Assembly: GCA_019828565.1 (NCBI GenBank)
Contig: JAHDYR010000005.1
Coordinates: 905,342-969,341 of the forward strand
Source of the DNA: Carpediemonas membranifera BICM
Lineage: Eukaryota > Protista > Fornicata
DNA length: 64,000 nucleotides
Direction of reading: 5' to 3'
Below are positions 20,994-32,191 of this stretch, piece by piece (the first letter of the stretch is position 1; each line of letters starts with the position of its first letter). Position numbers and translations under genes: made by a program. The notes beneath the pieces are model-generated. The model was not told the origin of the DNA. It saw only the letters and a list, made by a program, of their open reading frames with translations, and searched no databases.

Positions 20994-21869
20994 ATGCTGT
21001 ATCTGGCAACTGCGTTCGGCATCGCGTCCATTATTCTTTGGCTGGCAGCAAAAGCGCCACCGTTGCTACGAAAGATGGTGCTGCGTCGTAATGACGGATC
21101 TTTGTCACCAGCAACCGCCTTATCTGTCACATGGCTCGTTGCAGACGCTTCCAACATTGTTGGATGCGTCCTTACAGGGGCGCTCTGGACACAAATAGCG
21201 TTGCCTGCGCTCTTCCTCCTCCTGGACGGCATCGCTGTCTTCCAGCACGGCCTTTCCGACAAAAGACTCTGGCCCCTGGTCTGCCGCTACTGCTCAGTCC
21301 CCGCAACCACCGGCAAGGTCAAATACATGATGCCCATTGTCAACCGCGGCATCGGCTTCTCCCCCGAGGAGATGTGTGCCCTCGCCCCCATCCTCGTCGG
21401 CGTCCTCAGCCTCGCCGGCTCAAGCGGCGATAGAATTGCTGGGATAGCCTGCAGATGGGTCGGTGTAGGCTTTGGCTGGCTCAGTACCTTGGGCTACCTT
21501 GCGGCAAGGAGCACGACCGTGGGGAAGGCCCTACGCCGAGTCATTGGGCGTGGTGGAGCAATAACTCTCGCCCTGGGGATAGCTGCCAACGCGGCTTATG
21601 TTCTCTCTATTGCATCGGCCGTCCCTCACACAGGCTGGGGCGAGGCTCTGCCCGTCCTGGTCCGCCAGTCTCCTTGGGTTGTCGGGGCATGCGGGGCCGC
21701 CCTTTTGGACGCGACTGTGCTTGCAATGACCGATTATAAGACCGTTACGCATGCTGCTGGTGCCCCCCAAGACAGCCCAGCCCCGCCCACACCAGTGTCC
21801 GACCGCAGCTTCACTGTGGACAGGCTCTCGTCACAGAGCTCGGTAGGGAGCCTGACCGCTGGGGAGTAG
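20994..21869 (+). CDS. PQ-loop family membrane transporter (PQLC2/Ypq-like, divergent)
   Basis: SIILWLAAKAPP, WLVADASNIVGCVLT, GWLSTLGYLAAR, ANAAYVLSI, PWVVGACG..LD. Confidence 0.75.
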   Translation: MLYLATAFGIASIILWLAAKAPPLLRKMVLRRNDGSLSPATALSVTWLVADASNIVGCVLTGALWTQIALPALFLLLDGIAVFQHGLSDKRLWPLVCRYCSVPATTGKVKYMMPIVNRGIGFSPEEMCALAPILVGVLSLAGSSGDRIAGIACRWVGVGFGWLSTLGYLAARSTTVGKALRRVIGRGGAITLALGIAANAAYVLSIASAVPHTGWGEALPVLVRQSPWVVGACGAALLDATVLAMTDYKTVTHAAGAPQDSPAPPTPVSDRSFTVDRLSSQSSVGSLTAGE

Positions 21870-21966
21870 GGTGTACAACTGGGCAGCGTCTTGTAAACTA
21901 CTCTCTGCAAAGGCTGCCAGACACCGACGCTCAGTCGTTTACACATGCGGCACGGTGTATGCGGCA

Positions 21967-22596
21967 TCACCAGAGGTCCCTGATCAACACAGGGCTGCGG
22001 GGGCTGGCCCGTCGCATGGGGTACGGCACGGGCGGCGGCACGGGGGGCGGTACGGGCGTCACCTGGACGATCTCGGGCACGACCGCAGGTACGGCCGCAG
22101 GCACATCGCTCTCCGTTGGCTCGTCTGATATAACACCGCCAACTTTCTCAATGCCATCGGTGGAGTCCACAGCATCGGGTGCAGGGTAAGGCTGCTCAGG
22201 CAGGGCGATGCTCTCGTCAGCCAGATCGGTCCCGATATCTAGGGAAGGAGGGGCCACAGGGTCATCTTCGGGCTCCTCAGACACGGGTTCTACCTCTAGA
22301 ATGGCGTTGTCCGGCCCGATATCAGGGAGATCGTGGTGCTCCTCGGACAGGTCTGGCTCAACGGCGATCACACTGACGTCAAGCGGCAAGGAGGCTTCGA
22401 AAGACATGTCTAAGACGGGAATCGGTGTGGATATACGCTCTCCCTCCGCGGGGGAACGCCTTCTTAGCACAATGACGAGGACAACGGCCCCAATAGCGGC
22501 CGCAAGGAGAATTGCCAGAGCAATAGTAATAAGTAGTAGCAATGCGAGCACGATGACCACAGCTATACCGGCAATAATTGCATAGTTGGATGCCAT
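21967..22596 (-). CDS. Hypothetical protein with N-terminal TM and acidic/Pro-rich tail
   Basis: ATG 22596, long hydrophobic stretch followed by RRR. Confidence 0.6.
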   Translation of the reverse strand: MASNYAIIAGIAVVIVLALLLLITIALAILLAAAIGAVVLVIVLRRRSPAEGERISTPIPVLDMSFEASLPLDVSVIAVEPDLSEEHHDLPDIGPDNAILEVEPVSEEPEDDPVAPPSLDIGTDLADESIALPEQPYPAPDAVDSTDGIEKVGGVISDEPTESDVPAAVPAVVPEIVQVTPVPPPVPPPVPYPMRRASPRSPVLIRDLW

Positions 22597-22804
22597 GCAG
22601 GCTTCGAGCAAGTGGACCACAGTGCAGATTAAGAACGGAGTCAGTTGTGGTTGGGTGGTTGTGGGAGGGCTAGCTCTCACTGACACCGACTCTCACCTCC
22701 TATGTTTGCTAGGGCAGGGTTCAGCATCCATGGGTCTGGCTGTCCTTCCCTGCTACGAAGCGGCGCAGAAGCCGTATAGTTTAACATATTGTACAGTCGT
22801 CATG

Positions 22805-24352
22805 TCATTCCAATTGCACTGCCACCAGCTTCCTCGTGTGAATTACCATCGGTCGGGTCACCATCGGCTCGAGCACCACTGTCCTACCGTCCGCAGTCGC
22901 CGCCCCGAACCACCGGTCGGACCCATCCTGGAAGCTTAGCATGCTGGTCTTTGGGTCGATAGCAAAGGCAGCTGCCCTCATAGGGACCTGGAGCATGTCG
23001 AACGCCGTCGAGTCAGCCCCGGCGATGGTCCAGCAGACGTGCCGCTTTTCGACATAGAAAGAGTCAACGCCGCGTGGTAGGGTCACTGGAGTCGCAGAGT
23101 TGCACCTGTCGCCCTCATGCAGCCCGGGAAGGAGGCCGACCACCGTGGCCGTCACTTGGCCGGCAAAGAGGACTGATGTGTCAGTCAGAAAGACGTTGAA
23201 GCAGTCAGAGGCGAGAATGTGGCGAATGACAAAGGGGAGCTCGGCCAGCCCTGCCATCGGGTCGGAGTGGCCCAGCCCGAGCTGGCCAAACGCGTTGTCC
23301 CCAGAGATGAGCTGATGGTCGTCCGCCCCGACGACAACGGCGTCTCTGTTGGATATGATGTACTCTGGGGCAAAGCGGCGGGGCAGGGGCACGCGAGTGA
23401 ACAGTCCGGGGTCGGCGGGTCGACCCACAAACCACCCCAGCTGGCGGCCCTCGACGACCAGGCCGACTGGGGTGAGCATGAAGGTGAAGGGCGACTCATC
23501 GCTGATGTAGATCCATTTCACAAGCCTGTGCTTCTGCCAGGGAGGCAGGCTGGCCTCGTGCTGAGCAACCTGCGGGCAGGCCTTGAATGTGAGGCGGGTC
23601 GGGTCATTGATGCCCATCCTGCTCCACTTCTCGATCTCATAAACGCCGTGTGTCGTCACGGCCAGCTTCTTTGTCCGCTTCATGAAGATCGCCACGATCC
23701 GGGGGATGCGGACCATGAGATAACCGCCGATGAGCGCGTGGAACATGACCTTCGAGAACCGTCGCCCCGCATACCCGCGGTGGTAGAAGTAGCCGTGACT
23801 GGGAATGCTCGCCTCGCCGTCCTTCTCGGCAATCTGGTGGCAGAAGAAGGTCTTCTTGCACAGGAACCAGAGCGGCTTGGCTCGACGGGCACGCTCGGTC
23901 TTCAGCTCGGCGTCTGCGAAGTCCGGGTCGGCTCCGGCTTGCATCAGGCAGGCCCACACCGTGCCCTGGAGCAGGGTGTGCAGGGCGACCGGGAGCTCCT
24001 CACCTTCCGCGAGCTCGAGGTTCATGCTGAGCGTGGGGCCGATGGTGAGTATGGAGCGGGCGCGATTGAGCAGGCCCTGGGCGCTGGGGACGGAGAGCGG
24101 CGGGATCTTAGATATCGCCGAGAGCAGCTCGGCAAAAGCGGCGGCATCGTCGCGTGATTCGTTGTTCAAAGGTTTCCTAAGTGATATATCATACGATGGA
24201 AAGCTCTGCTTGAACGCCAAGGCAACGCAGCGGGGCACATCGCCTGGTAGCTCTCCCGTGCACCTTGCCGCCAGGGCATATGCCGACACAAGAGTATTTG
24301 CAGTACTATCTGCGGCTATGTCCACATTGCCGCTCTGCACCTCGTTCTCCAT
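22805..24352 (-). CDS. RCC1/BLIP-II-like repeat protein (lineage-expanded family)
   Basis: ISGDNAFGQLGLGH; paralogous to 45486-47177. Confidence 0.7.
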   Translation of the reverse strand: MENEVQSGNVDIAADSTANTLVSAYALAARCTGELPGDVPRCVALAFKQSFPSYDISLRKPLNNESRDDAAAFAELLSAISKIPPLSVPSAQGLLNRARSILTIGPTLSMNLELAEGEELPVALHTLLQGTVWACLMQAGADPDFADAELKTERARRAKPLWFLCKKTFFCHQIAEKDGEASIPSHGYFYHRGYAGRRFSKVMFHALIGGYLMVRIPRIVAIFMKRTKKLAVTTHGVYEIEKWSRMGINDPTRLTFKACPQVAQHEASLPPWQKHRLVKWIYISDESPFTFMLTPVGLVVEGRQLGWFVGRPADPGLFTRVPLPRRFAPEYIISNRDAVVVGADDHQLISGDNAFGQLGLGHSDPMAGLAELPFVIRHILASDCFNVFLTDTSVLFAGQVTATVVGLLPGLHEGDRCNSATPVTLPRGVDSFYVEKRHVCWTIAGADSTAFDMLQVPMRAAAFAIDPKTSMLSFQDGSDRWFGAATADGRTVVLEPMVTRPMVIHTRKLVAVQLE

Positions 24353-24509
24353 TGCTGCCGCACCATGTCAACCCCGGCGGAAGGATAATCCGTCGTCAAC
24401 GGTCCTGACATACTTACAGGACGACCGACGACCGCCAGCAGTGTCTGCCGCGTGTCCAACGGGTCGCAAACAGTGCCATTTACTCTTCTCTACGGTGGCT
24501 GTACACGCC

Positions 24510-26237
24510 TCAGTTCTTCACAGCGGGCTTCATCTCGGCCGACTCGAGAAAGTCAGCAATGTCTGCTTGCACGGCCACACACTTCTTTAGCATCCGCACG
24601 TAGACCATCGGATGGTGCTGGATGACGCACGACTTGTGGATTAGGATGCGGCTGAACTCCTCGTTGGGAACCTCACTCGCGAAGATCAGCTTCTTGTTGA
24701 GACCGCCGAGCCGTCTCATCAGATCGTTAAATGGATTGATCGAGCTCAGCGCCTTCCCCACTGGCGCCGTGGCGAGTGTACCAGTGTGGACCTTCGTGTC
24801 CTCTGTCACCACCGGAGCGGTCGACCCGGTCGCCTTACGCCATTCCTTGACGTCCGCCAGCAGGGCCTTGGTGTCCTCGTGGGTCAACCCGGCGAGTTGT
24901 ACGACCCTCCCAGCCGGCAGCAGGGGCAGAAGGAGGAGCTCGGTGTCGTCGGAGTCGGCATCGGCGTCGGGTTCGCCTGCGTCATCCGAGATGAGCTTTG
25001 TGACGGAGAATCCCTTGACGAAGCCCCTGAGCTTGGTGTAGATGGGGTTGCTCTTCCACGGAACCTTGTCGTCCTCGCTATCTGAGTCGTCGAGCAGGCC
25101 CTCGGCGTGCTCTTCGTCCATGCCCTCGTCAGACGCCGCCCGGTGTTGCTCGCGCCAGTACTCCTTCTTGCGGGCCATCATCTTCATGGCATGCTCGTCC
25201 TGCTTCTTCTGGTACTCCTTCTGCATATACTTGTGCATACGGCGTCTGATAAACCGGCTAGCCTGCGCGCTGTGACTCGAGGCGAGTGAAGGCGGCTCGA
25301 CTGTCTCGAGCACGTCTACGATCTCCTCGGCGAGTGTCTGGAAGGATTGGTACGACAGCCTCGGGACGATGTCGGTACTATTGGCGATCGACGTGACGTA
25401 CTGCTTGCTGGCGGTGATGTTGCCGACCGTGAACACACTGGGACAGGCGAAGGCGAAACAGCGCACGTTGAACTCGTCCTTCAGCATCATCGTCAGGATG
25501 GCTGCCACACTGGCCCCCAGCGAGTGCCCAGTGAACGTCACGCGGTACCCGGTCTCGCCGACGTACTCCTTGAGCTCGTCCCGGATCCGGTCGACCATGT
25601 TGACCGCCGTCCGGAGCATGCCCTTGTGACAATAGCCGTCTTGGAACGGTACGGCGCTGGCAACGAGGTCTGTCATGATGTCTTGGACCGACAGGGTGCC
25701 TCTGATGCAGACGATGACCTCGCTCTTGGGCTTGAAGTCGAGCATGTAATAGCAGCAGTGGAAGGCCTCCTGCTTATCAGGGTATGACATGAAGATGATG
25801 CCCTCAGGGTCACCGGCAGTGTGGCTCTCGATCACTGTCTTGACGCGGTCCGCAGTAGGCATCCGCATCCACTTGGTCAGCATCGCGGCGCTGTCGATGA
25901 TGCTGCCGTCTTCATTGAGCTTTTCAAGGTCCATAAAGAACTCTTCGGTGTAGCTGTAGTACGTGCCGCCGTATGAGGCCAGGCAGAAGGCCATGTACTC
26001 CGTCAGGTCGGCCAGCTCAGAGCTGCTGATGGTGTCGGATGGGTCGCGGCACTTGGGGCTCTTAAAGTACTCCGGTTTCAACTTCTGAAGCTCATATAGG
26101 GAGTAACCTACCGCTTGAAAGGGCAGGTTCATGCTGTCGAAGAGGAGAGAGAAGGTCTCGACGACCTCAGGGATCGCCGTGAAGCCGAAGCGGCTCCCAT
26201 GCTTCATAAGCGCTTTAAACGATGGTATTGATGGCAT
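24510..26237 (-). CDS. Lipase class 3 (DAG-lipase-like)
   Basis: IRGTLSVQDIMTD, HKGM, TGHSLGA, DIVPRLS. Confidence 0.9.
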   Translation of the reverse strand: MPSIPSFKALMKHGSRFGFTAIPEVVETFSLLFDSMNLPFQAVGYSLYELQKLKPEYFKSPKCRDPSDTISSSELADLTEYMAFCLASYGGTYYSYTEEFFMDLEKLNEDGSIIDSAAMLTKWMRMPTADRVKTVIESHTAGDPEGIIFMSYPDKQEAFHCCYYMLDFKPKSEVIVCIRGTLSVQDIMTDLVASAVPFQDGYCHKGMLRTAVNMVDRIRDELKEYVGETGYRVTFTGHSLGASVAAILTMMLKDEFNVRCFAFACPSVFTVGNITASKQYVTSIANSTDIVPRLSYQSFQTLAEEIVDVLETVEPPSLASSHSAQASRFIRRRMHKYMQKEYQKKQDEHAMKMMARKKEYWREQHRAASDEGMDEEHAEGLLDDSDSEDDKVPWKSNPIYTKLRGFVKGFSVTKLISDDAGEPDADADSDDTELLLLPLLPAGRVVQLAGLTHEDTKALLADVKEWRKATGSTAPVVTEDTKVHTGTLATAPVGKALSSINPFNDLMRRLGGLNKKLIFASEVPNEEFSRILIHKSCVIQHHPMVYVRMLKKCVAVQADIADFLESAEMKPAVKN

Positions 26238-26355
26238 TTCTAGTGTATATAAGTCTGTTGATGCCGCTTTGTGGCTGTGCTTTCGTGTCCTTTGAACGGT
26301 GTTCGCTCGTTGGCCGGTCGCCTTGCCCTGCGTCAAACTCAACCTGCCAAGCACT

Positions 26356-27732
26356 TTACTGCCCCCCTAGCTTTGCCCGCTGCTTCTGTTTGTCGAGCTG
26401 GGCCCTTGTAACAACCACTCCGTCCTTCGTCAGGACCTCCGCGTCGCGACGGGGGTCAAAGCGTGCGGCTTCCTGCGCCTGAAGTGACGCCCACAGCTTC
26501 TTCGCCGCCTCTATCGTTCGTACCCCGTCAAATGCTGGGCTGTATGCGATCCCGAGCTTTGCCAGCCCACTTGCGTGCCGCCGCTCAGGGAAATGCTGCT
26601 CGAACGCAGCGAGCCCCTGGAACACATGACCGCCGCAGATCTCGCACGGGAACTCCTCGTGCAGACCCTGTGCCTTCCAGATCCAGTAGGGCACCGGCTG
26701 GTTGTCCGGCCCCACCATGACCTGCTGGGTTTTGGAACCTTGACGAATCTTGCGGACGGTTGGCTTTTTCTCGGTCGGTTGGGCCTGCGCTGACTCGATC
26801 AGACTGTCCAGCTCGAGCTCTGCTGCGGAGAGGCCCTGACGCCGGTCTATGTCGGAAATGATTGCATCAAAAGACTCATTCAGATTTTTCCGGAGAGATC
26901 TGATTCCTGCAGTCAGACGGATGACATTACGGTCCTCCTCCGTCACAAGCTGCGGTATTTCACCCTGGGCGCGCTTCTTGTGTGCTTTCCCGGAATAGTG
27001 TGAGGCGGCCTGCGGGTGCGAGGCAAAGGTCTTGCGGCAGAAAGAGCAGAACAACGGCGGCTGGTCTCCGTCCTGGGTCATCGCCTCACGGTCTGCCTGA
27101 AGCTTCGCCATCTCCGCCGTCCCGTCGTCGACTTTCGTGGGCTCATTAAAGGGGCGTGCCACAAGGTCAAACTGGGTCAGCCGGGCCAGGAGGTCCTCGA
27201 GATAGTTCAGCATGGCCTGACTGACGGCTCCCACCGGCGGGACAAGCTCGTCCAGCCTCACCAGGTACTCCTTGTAGGTGACGGTGGCGTTTCCAGCACT
27301 CCCCCTTGCCAAACGGCCGCCGACCTGCGTGAACCTCTGGTGGAGGTCGTGAAGGTCAAGTACTGGCGCGTTATCATCCACTGGTGCTGGTTTCAGGGTC
27401 ATTGCTTCCAGGGCGGTGTCCGGGAAGGACGCGTCGATGACCTTGAGCCCGGCAGAATATGTGGCCCACTGCTGGTCAACAGAGCCGGATAGCTCAAGCT
27501 TCTTCGCAATTCTTTGTATTTCATCCGGACTATAGTCAGTTTCTAGGTCTTTCCTCTGCGATATGGCCTTGTCGCACAGAAGCGCGACGCGATGTTGCTG
27601 ATTAGCGATTTCTGCAGGCAACGACGGCTTTTCGGCAATCATTTCCGCAACAGCTACTTCTAAAAGGTCATATGCCTCACATGCGTTGCGTGCATCAAAG
27701 AGCTTGGCGATTTCCTGAGCTGAGATTGGCAT
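26356..27732 (-). CDS. SF3A3: Splicing factor 3A subunit 3 (Prp9/SF3a60)
   Basis: CSFCRKTF...HYSGKAH; PVPYWIWKAQGLHEEFPCEICGG...FEQHF.ERRH..GL..LGI. Confidence 0.92.
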   Translation of the reverse strand: MPISAQEIAKLFDARNACEAYDLLEVAVAEMIAEKPSLPAEIANQQHRVALLCDKAISQRKDLETDYSPDEIQRIAKKLELSGSVDQQWATYSAGLKVIDASFPDTALEAMTLKPAPVDDNAPVLDLHDLHQRFTQVGGRLARGSAGNATVTYKEYLVRLDELVPPVGAVSQAMLNYLEDLLARLTQFDLVARPFNEPTKVDDGTAEMAKLQADREAMTQDGDQPPLFCSFCRKTFASHPQAASHYSGKAHKKRAQGEIPQLVTEEDRNVIRLTAGIRSLRKNLNESFDAIISDIDRRQGLSAAELELDSLIESAQAQPTEKKPTVRKIRQGSKTQQVMVGPDNQPVPYWIWKAQGLHEEFPCEICGGHVFQGLAAFEQHFPERRHASGLAKLGIAYSPAFDGVRTIEAAKKLWASLQAQEAARFDPRRDAEVLTKDGVVVTRAQLDKQKQRAKLGGQ

Positions 27733-28063
27733 GCTGTGATTCTGATTTATCTTCATGTAAACAGCTGGCTCAGGCCGACAGCTCGACTGGGAGGAGCTCC
27801 AGTGGGCTGAACATTCCCAGCTTAACACTCCACTTGTCGTACACCAGAAGGGTAGCGGACATGAGGGCATCAGCCATGGTAAGGGCGATCTTGCGGGTAG
27901 AGATGCGGAATCTGGCTGCGGACGCGTTAAGGTAGGCCTCGACTTTCGTGGCGGACCGGAATGGCATGCTGTGCGCCGCGCAGGATTAGAATTGTTTAGT
28001 CTAAATCGGTGTATGACAGGTGGGCATGGGAACAACTACTTGGAATCTAGCAAGCACTTACGC

Positions 28064-29245
28064 TCACAAAGCATCAACCCGCTGGCTGAACCCCGCTGGG
28101 TCGGCCACGAACTGCTCGAACGCTGTCCCCAACTGGACATCGGGGGGCATCACCCGGCGACTCAGGGCAAGGTGCTTGCGGCGGCTGCTCCAGCGATCGA
28201 CCAGAGCATCGCCCGACTTACCCAGACGGTCGACCATAGCCTCGAGCTTGACAACGGAGTCCTTAAGCTGGCCGAGGGCCACGTTGGACGCCGTCTCGGA
28301 TGACACTTCAATCAAATCCCGGAAATGATGGGTTGAGTCGATCTGAGTCATGTGTTCCATCTCCGGCTGCCCATCGGTGTGAGCCAAGCGCTGCTGCTGT
28401 CCGGCTTGGGCCATCGCCCCTGCCCTGTACTGGGTCGAGTCGTGAAGATGGACCAGATCGAGCGACACGGCCCGCACCAGCCCACGGATAGCCTGCACCC
28501 GCTCATGCTCTGTCTCAATGACGCCGACCATGGCCTTTAGCCGGCCCTGCTGCCTGGAGAGGTGTCGTACTGCAGTGTCGGCAGTGTCGACCTGCGAGAG
28601 GAGTCTAGCCTCCGTTCGTACCATCGTATCCCGGTCCACGGGCTCGGCTGTGATGGTCCTGGCAAGGGCCCCGCACAACTGCCTGATGCGCCCCAACTTG
28701 GCGTCGAGCGTGGCGGGTGTGGCGTCGGGATGACACGACTGGCCCTCAGCCACGGCATTGCGGCCGAGAGCACTGACTGTGGCGGAGGCATGGCGCCACA
28801 ACTCGTGCTCCAGGGCCACGCATAGCCGGCGGGACTCGGCCTGCATCGAGGGTGAGGCGGACGTCGGCTGGTCGTGGGTTTCTGTGCCAGGAATAGCGTT
28901 ATCGAGTCGTGTCTGCGGGTTCTCTGGGTCCAGAGTGTTCTTGATTGTGGTGAAGAAGGCTTTCTCCGCGTCGTGGTATGAGGCCAGGGCTGGGTTCGTC
29001 ACTAGGAGGTTGGATTGTACATCCGGGTCCATAAGATAGTTTGTTCCATCCTTACAAGCGTCAACGCACCGGTCAAGTGACGCCTTCATTTCGATAATGG
29101 AAGATTTTGCCTGTGTGGTGAGTTCTACTACTTGCGAGGGCGGCGCGAGTGATTCGTCAATTGATCCAAGCTCAGATTTGATTATTTGCCGCTTCAGAGC
29201 CTCTAATCTGGCGATATCTGCCCGGAGCTCTGCCTCGTTCGCCAT
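28064..29245 (-). CDS. Hypothetical coiled-coil protein
   Basis: Long ORF; likely ATG at 29245 (MANEAEL), which avoids overlap with the divergent gene. Confidence 0.65.
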   Translation of the reverse strand: MANEAELRADIARLEALKRQIIKSELGSIDESLAPPSQVVELTTQAKSSIIEMKASLDRCVDACKDGTNYLMDPDVQSNLLVTNPALASYHDAEKAFFTTIKNTLDPENPQTRLDNAIPGTETHDQPTSASPSMQAESRRLCVALEHELWRHASATVSALGRNAVAEGQSCHPDATPATLDAKLGRIRQLCGALARTITAEPVDRDTMVRTEARLLSQVDTADTAVRHLSRQQGRLKAMVGVIETEHERVQAIRGLVRAVSLDLVHLHDSTQYRAGAMAQAGQQQRLAHTDGQPEMEHMTQIDSTHHFRDLIEVSSETASNVALGQLKDSVVKLEAMVDRLGKSGDALVDRWSSRRKHLALSRRVMPPDVQLGTAFEQFVADPAGFSQRVDAL

Positions 29246-29407
29246 TTGCGTGCTTTTGCCATAAACTGCACAATCGTATTTAGCGGTCATCCTGGCGGGT
29301 ACACCGTGTATACGTCTCACTGGGAAGCTGACCCCGTTCCTCCCTGCCTTTCTGTGTCGAGTCGAGCGCAGTTTTTGTTCAAGAACGAAGGCGGACATTT
29401 CAGTCAA

Positions 29408-30237
29408 ATGGTGAAGGTCTACAGAAAATGCCATCTTCTTACAACTGAAGATAACAAATGGAAGCGATATGATAGCGCGCCCCACTTCCTGGCGATTCAG
29501 AAGGAGGAGAATTCGTACATCCTCACCGGGCTCGGCTTCCCAGGTGCCGCACCAGATACAGAGGACATAGACCTTGATTCCCCGGATGTTGTTGTTTGTT
29601 CCACCTCACATCCGTCACATAGATTCACTTCACCCGTGTGTTGACCGAGAGCTCCAAGGTCAACTACAACTTCGACCGCCCCCCGAGCGTCACCATCACC
29701 ATCACTGCGCAGGGAGTGTTCGGCATACAGTATCGGTCTGCTGACGACTGCCAGGGGTTCAAGGAGGCAATTGATGCCACCATGGAGGCGATCGCCAACC
29801 CCCCGCCCGAGGATGAGGAGCCCGTGGAGGCCAGTCCTGTCCGTTCACCCAACCCCGAGCCGGAGCGGGCACTGCCTGCTGCCCCATCGACTGTGGCGTC
29901 ATCCGCGGTGCTCCCTCCCGCCCGGCCCGCGGTGGCGGCTCCTAAGAGCTCGCTGCTCACTAGCCACAAGCCCGAGTCAAGTGTAGTTCTGGCTGACACT
30001 CCTGCGGCCCAGCCGGTCGACCCTGACCAAGGCCCGCTGCCCGCCACCGTGACCCTCATCACTGGCAGGCAGATGACTCTGCAGCAGTCGGCCGTGCCAT
30101 CGTCGGTACTGGACGACATCCGGGAGGAGCTGACGGCCGTGCGGGAGGACGTCCGGCAACTTCGGACGGACGTCGAGCTCCGGCTTCAACAGATGGAGAA
30201 GACAATCGTGCAGGCCGTTGTTAACGCGCTCAAGTAG
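29408..30237 (+). CDS. EVH1/WH1-domain protein with Pro-rich middle and C-terminal coiled coil (Ena/VASP-like); intron 29594-29622
   Basis: NKWK, VFGIQYRSADDCQGFKEAI (EVH1 C-terminal helix); 29-bp intron joins ORFs 29246 and 29638. Confidence 0.65.
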
Positions 30238-30459
30238 GGTTATCACGCTGTACCAAGACTTTTCACTCTCTGCTCCGTAAATATCTGGCTGGAGTTGTTG
30301 ACAGACTGGTTGCCGGAATGGTTGGGCGGACCTCTACATGTGCTAAAACGTGGCTAAACAGTGGTTTACAGTCCATAATGGGTCCCGGACAAGCATTTGT
30401 CTGCCGATCGCCCACCGAGCCCCGACGCACTTTTGGCGCGCACCGTGGCTGAAGACGAT

Positions 30460-31869
30460 ATGCAAAACGCTGGAGTTAAGCGAGCACGCTTGGAAAACAC
30501 TGGCCAGGTATATGACGTCATTGATTTGACGTTTGAGCTCTCTAACGACGCATCGAAGGCTACAGTGACGATTACTACGCCCGAGGACCCAAAACTAGTG
30601 CTCATATGCGTTATAGAATCAGAAGATGTGGCGAAACAATACTTTTACGCCTTTAGAAACTCAATGCTCGACAGCAATGCGCTGCTCCGTTCTCTTTACG
30701 AATCGTTCACGAATTGCTTCCCCTCGACGCCCAACCGCAACAGGAAGTACGTACTAGACCTCACCAAGCTGCAGTTTGTGCGGCTCAACAACATTGGTGA
30801 GGACAGCGAGGTCTGGGCTGAGATTGTCAAGCTCGACTTGGCGTACGCGCCAGATCGAGTCGTCGTTGAGCACACCCTGGGTATCATCGAAGCGTTGCAC
30901 GGGGACATCGACGACGGGAGCAAGAGAGAGGCGGAGGCACAGGAGAAGATCCGCGGTCTGCAGGACGCACACCGTCGTCTGCAGGTCTCGCTCACGACGC
31001 TCGAGGACACCCTGGGCGCCACCAGAGAGAAGCTGGGCGCCACTGAGAGCAGTCTGGAGAAGCAGACTGCCAAGGTTGCCGCTCTGTCCGCTGAGAACGA
31101 CCGGCTGTCCGTGGAGCTCCAGACGAACGCCTCTGAGGCGAGGAGCGAGGTCGAGAGGGCCAGGGCGGAGCTCGAGCACGTCAACGAGGCCAAGAAGAAG
31201 CTTGAGCAGCAGTACGCGGCGCTGAAGACCAAGCACCACGGCCACACGGTCGAGACCACCGCGGAGCTGCAGTCCCTCAGAGAGGAGGTCAGCGCGCTGT
31301 CCCAGGAGCGGGCCGGGCTCCAGAACCAGCTAGCCGAGGCGCAGTACGCCAACTCCGAGCAGAGGCGACAGATGGACGCGCACGATAGGGCGACGCAGGA
31401 CCTCGAGGCCAGGGCGGCCGGGCTGCAGGATGAGGTTGACCGGCTCACGGGCGACGTCGCCCAGCTGACGTCCGAGCTCGAGGCAGCCCGGGCCGACCAC
31501 CAGACCGCCGACGCCACCCGGACGGAGCTGGAGGAGCGGGGTCGACAGCAAGAGGTGACCGTGGCGGACCTCGAGTCGCAGGTTATCAGCAAGTCGCACG
31601 AGCTGGAGGTGGTCCGGGCACAGTTGGACGGCAAGGATGGCGAGCTGGCGAGGATGGCCGAGTTCGTCAGGGAGACCATCGCTTCACTCCACGACGACGC
31701 CCAGGAGAGCCAGAGGTTTATCAAGGAGCTACAGGACCAGATCCGGCAGCAGGAGGCTACGATGCAGCGGCTGGAAGAGGACAACCGGCTGCTCAGAGAC
31801 CGGGCGGGAGGGTTTGCCAGCGCGAGGGTTCGCACGATGGCTCAGAAGATGACGCTAGACGACATATGA
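30460..31869 (+). CDS. SAS-6-like centriolar protein (head domain plus long coiled coil)
   Basis: ITTPEDPKLVL...ESED, LDLAYAPD..V head pattern followed by about 300 aa of heptads. Confidence 0.55.
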   Translation: MQNAGVKRARLENTGQVYDVIDLTFELSNDASKATVTITTPEDPKLVLICVIESEDVAKQYFYAFRNSMLDSNALLRSLYESFTNCFPSTPNRNRKYVLDLTKLQFVRLNNIGEDSEVWAEIVKLDLAYAPDRVVVEHTLGIIEALHGDIDDGSKREAEAQEKIRGLQDAHRRLQVSLTTLEDTLGATREKLGATESSLEKQTAKVAALSAENDRLSVELQTNASEARSEVERARAELEHVNEAKKKLEQQYAALKTKHHGHTVETTAELQSLREEVSALSQERAGLQNQLAEAQYANSEQRRQMDAHDRATQDLEARAAGLQDEVDRLTGDVAQLTSELEAARADHQTADATRTELEERGRQQEVTVADLESQVISKSHELEVVRAQLDGKDGELARMAEFVRETIASLHDDAQESQRFIKELQDQIRQQEATMQRLEEDNRLLRDRAGGFASARVRTMAQKMTLDDI

Positions 31870-32191
31870 GGCGCTGGGGGCTGCTATTTGTAAAGATTAC
31901 CGCTGGGAGGCTGCAGTATGAGGCGGGCGCTATGTGCAGGTTACGCTCTTGCAGCGACAGCTCGACTGGGACGGGGCCGACGTCGGCGGTGTTTACGAGT
32001 CCTCGGACGACGAGGGGTAAGGCCCGGATCGACCCGGACGGCGGAGCGGACAGCGACAGCGACGAGGACGGCGACTACAACTCGGCTGCTTCGGAGGACA
32101 GCGCGAGCGAGAGCGAGGAGGACGCCGAGGGGCTCGAGGGCAAGCGCGACAACGCGGAGGTCGAAGAGGTTAGCGAGGATGAGGAGTAAAC

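Noticed and set aside
31866-32189. 107-aa acidic ORF as an independent gene
   Set aside because: It is the captured SSRP1 tail with a frameshifting 5-bp deletion
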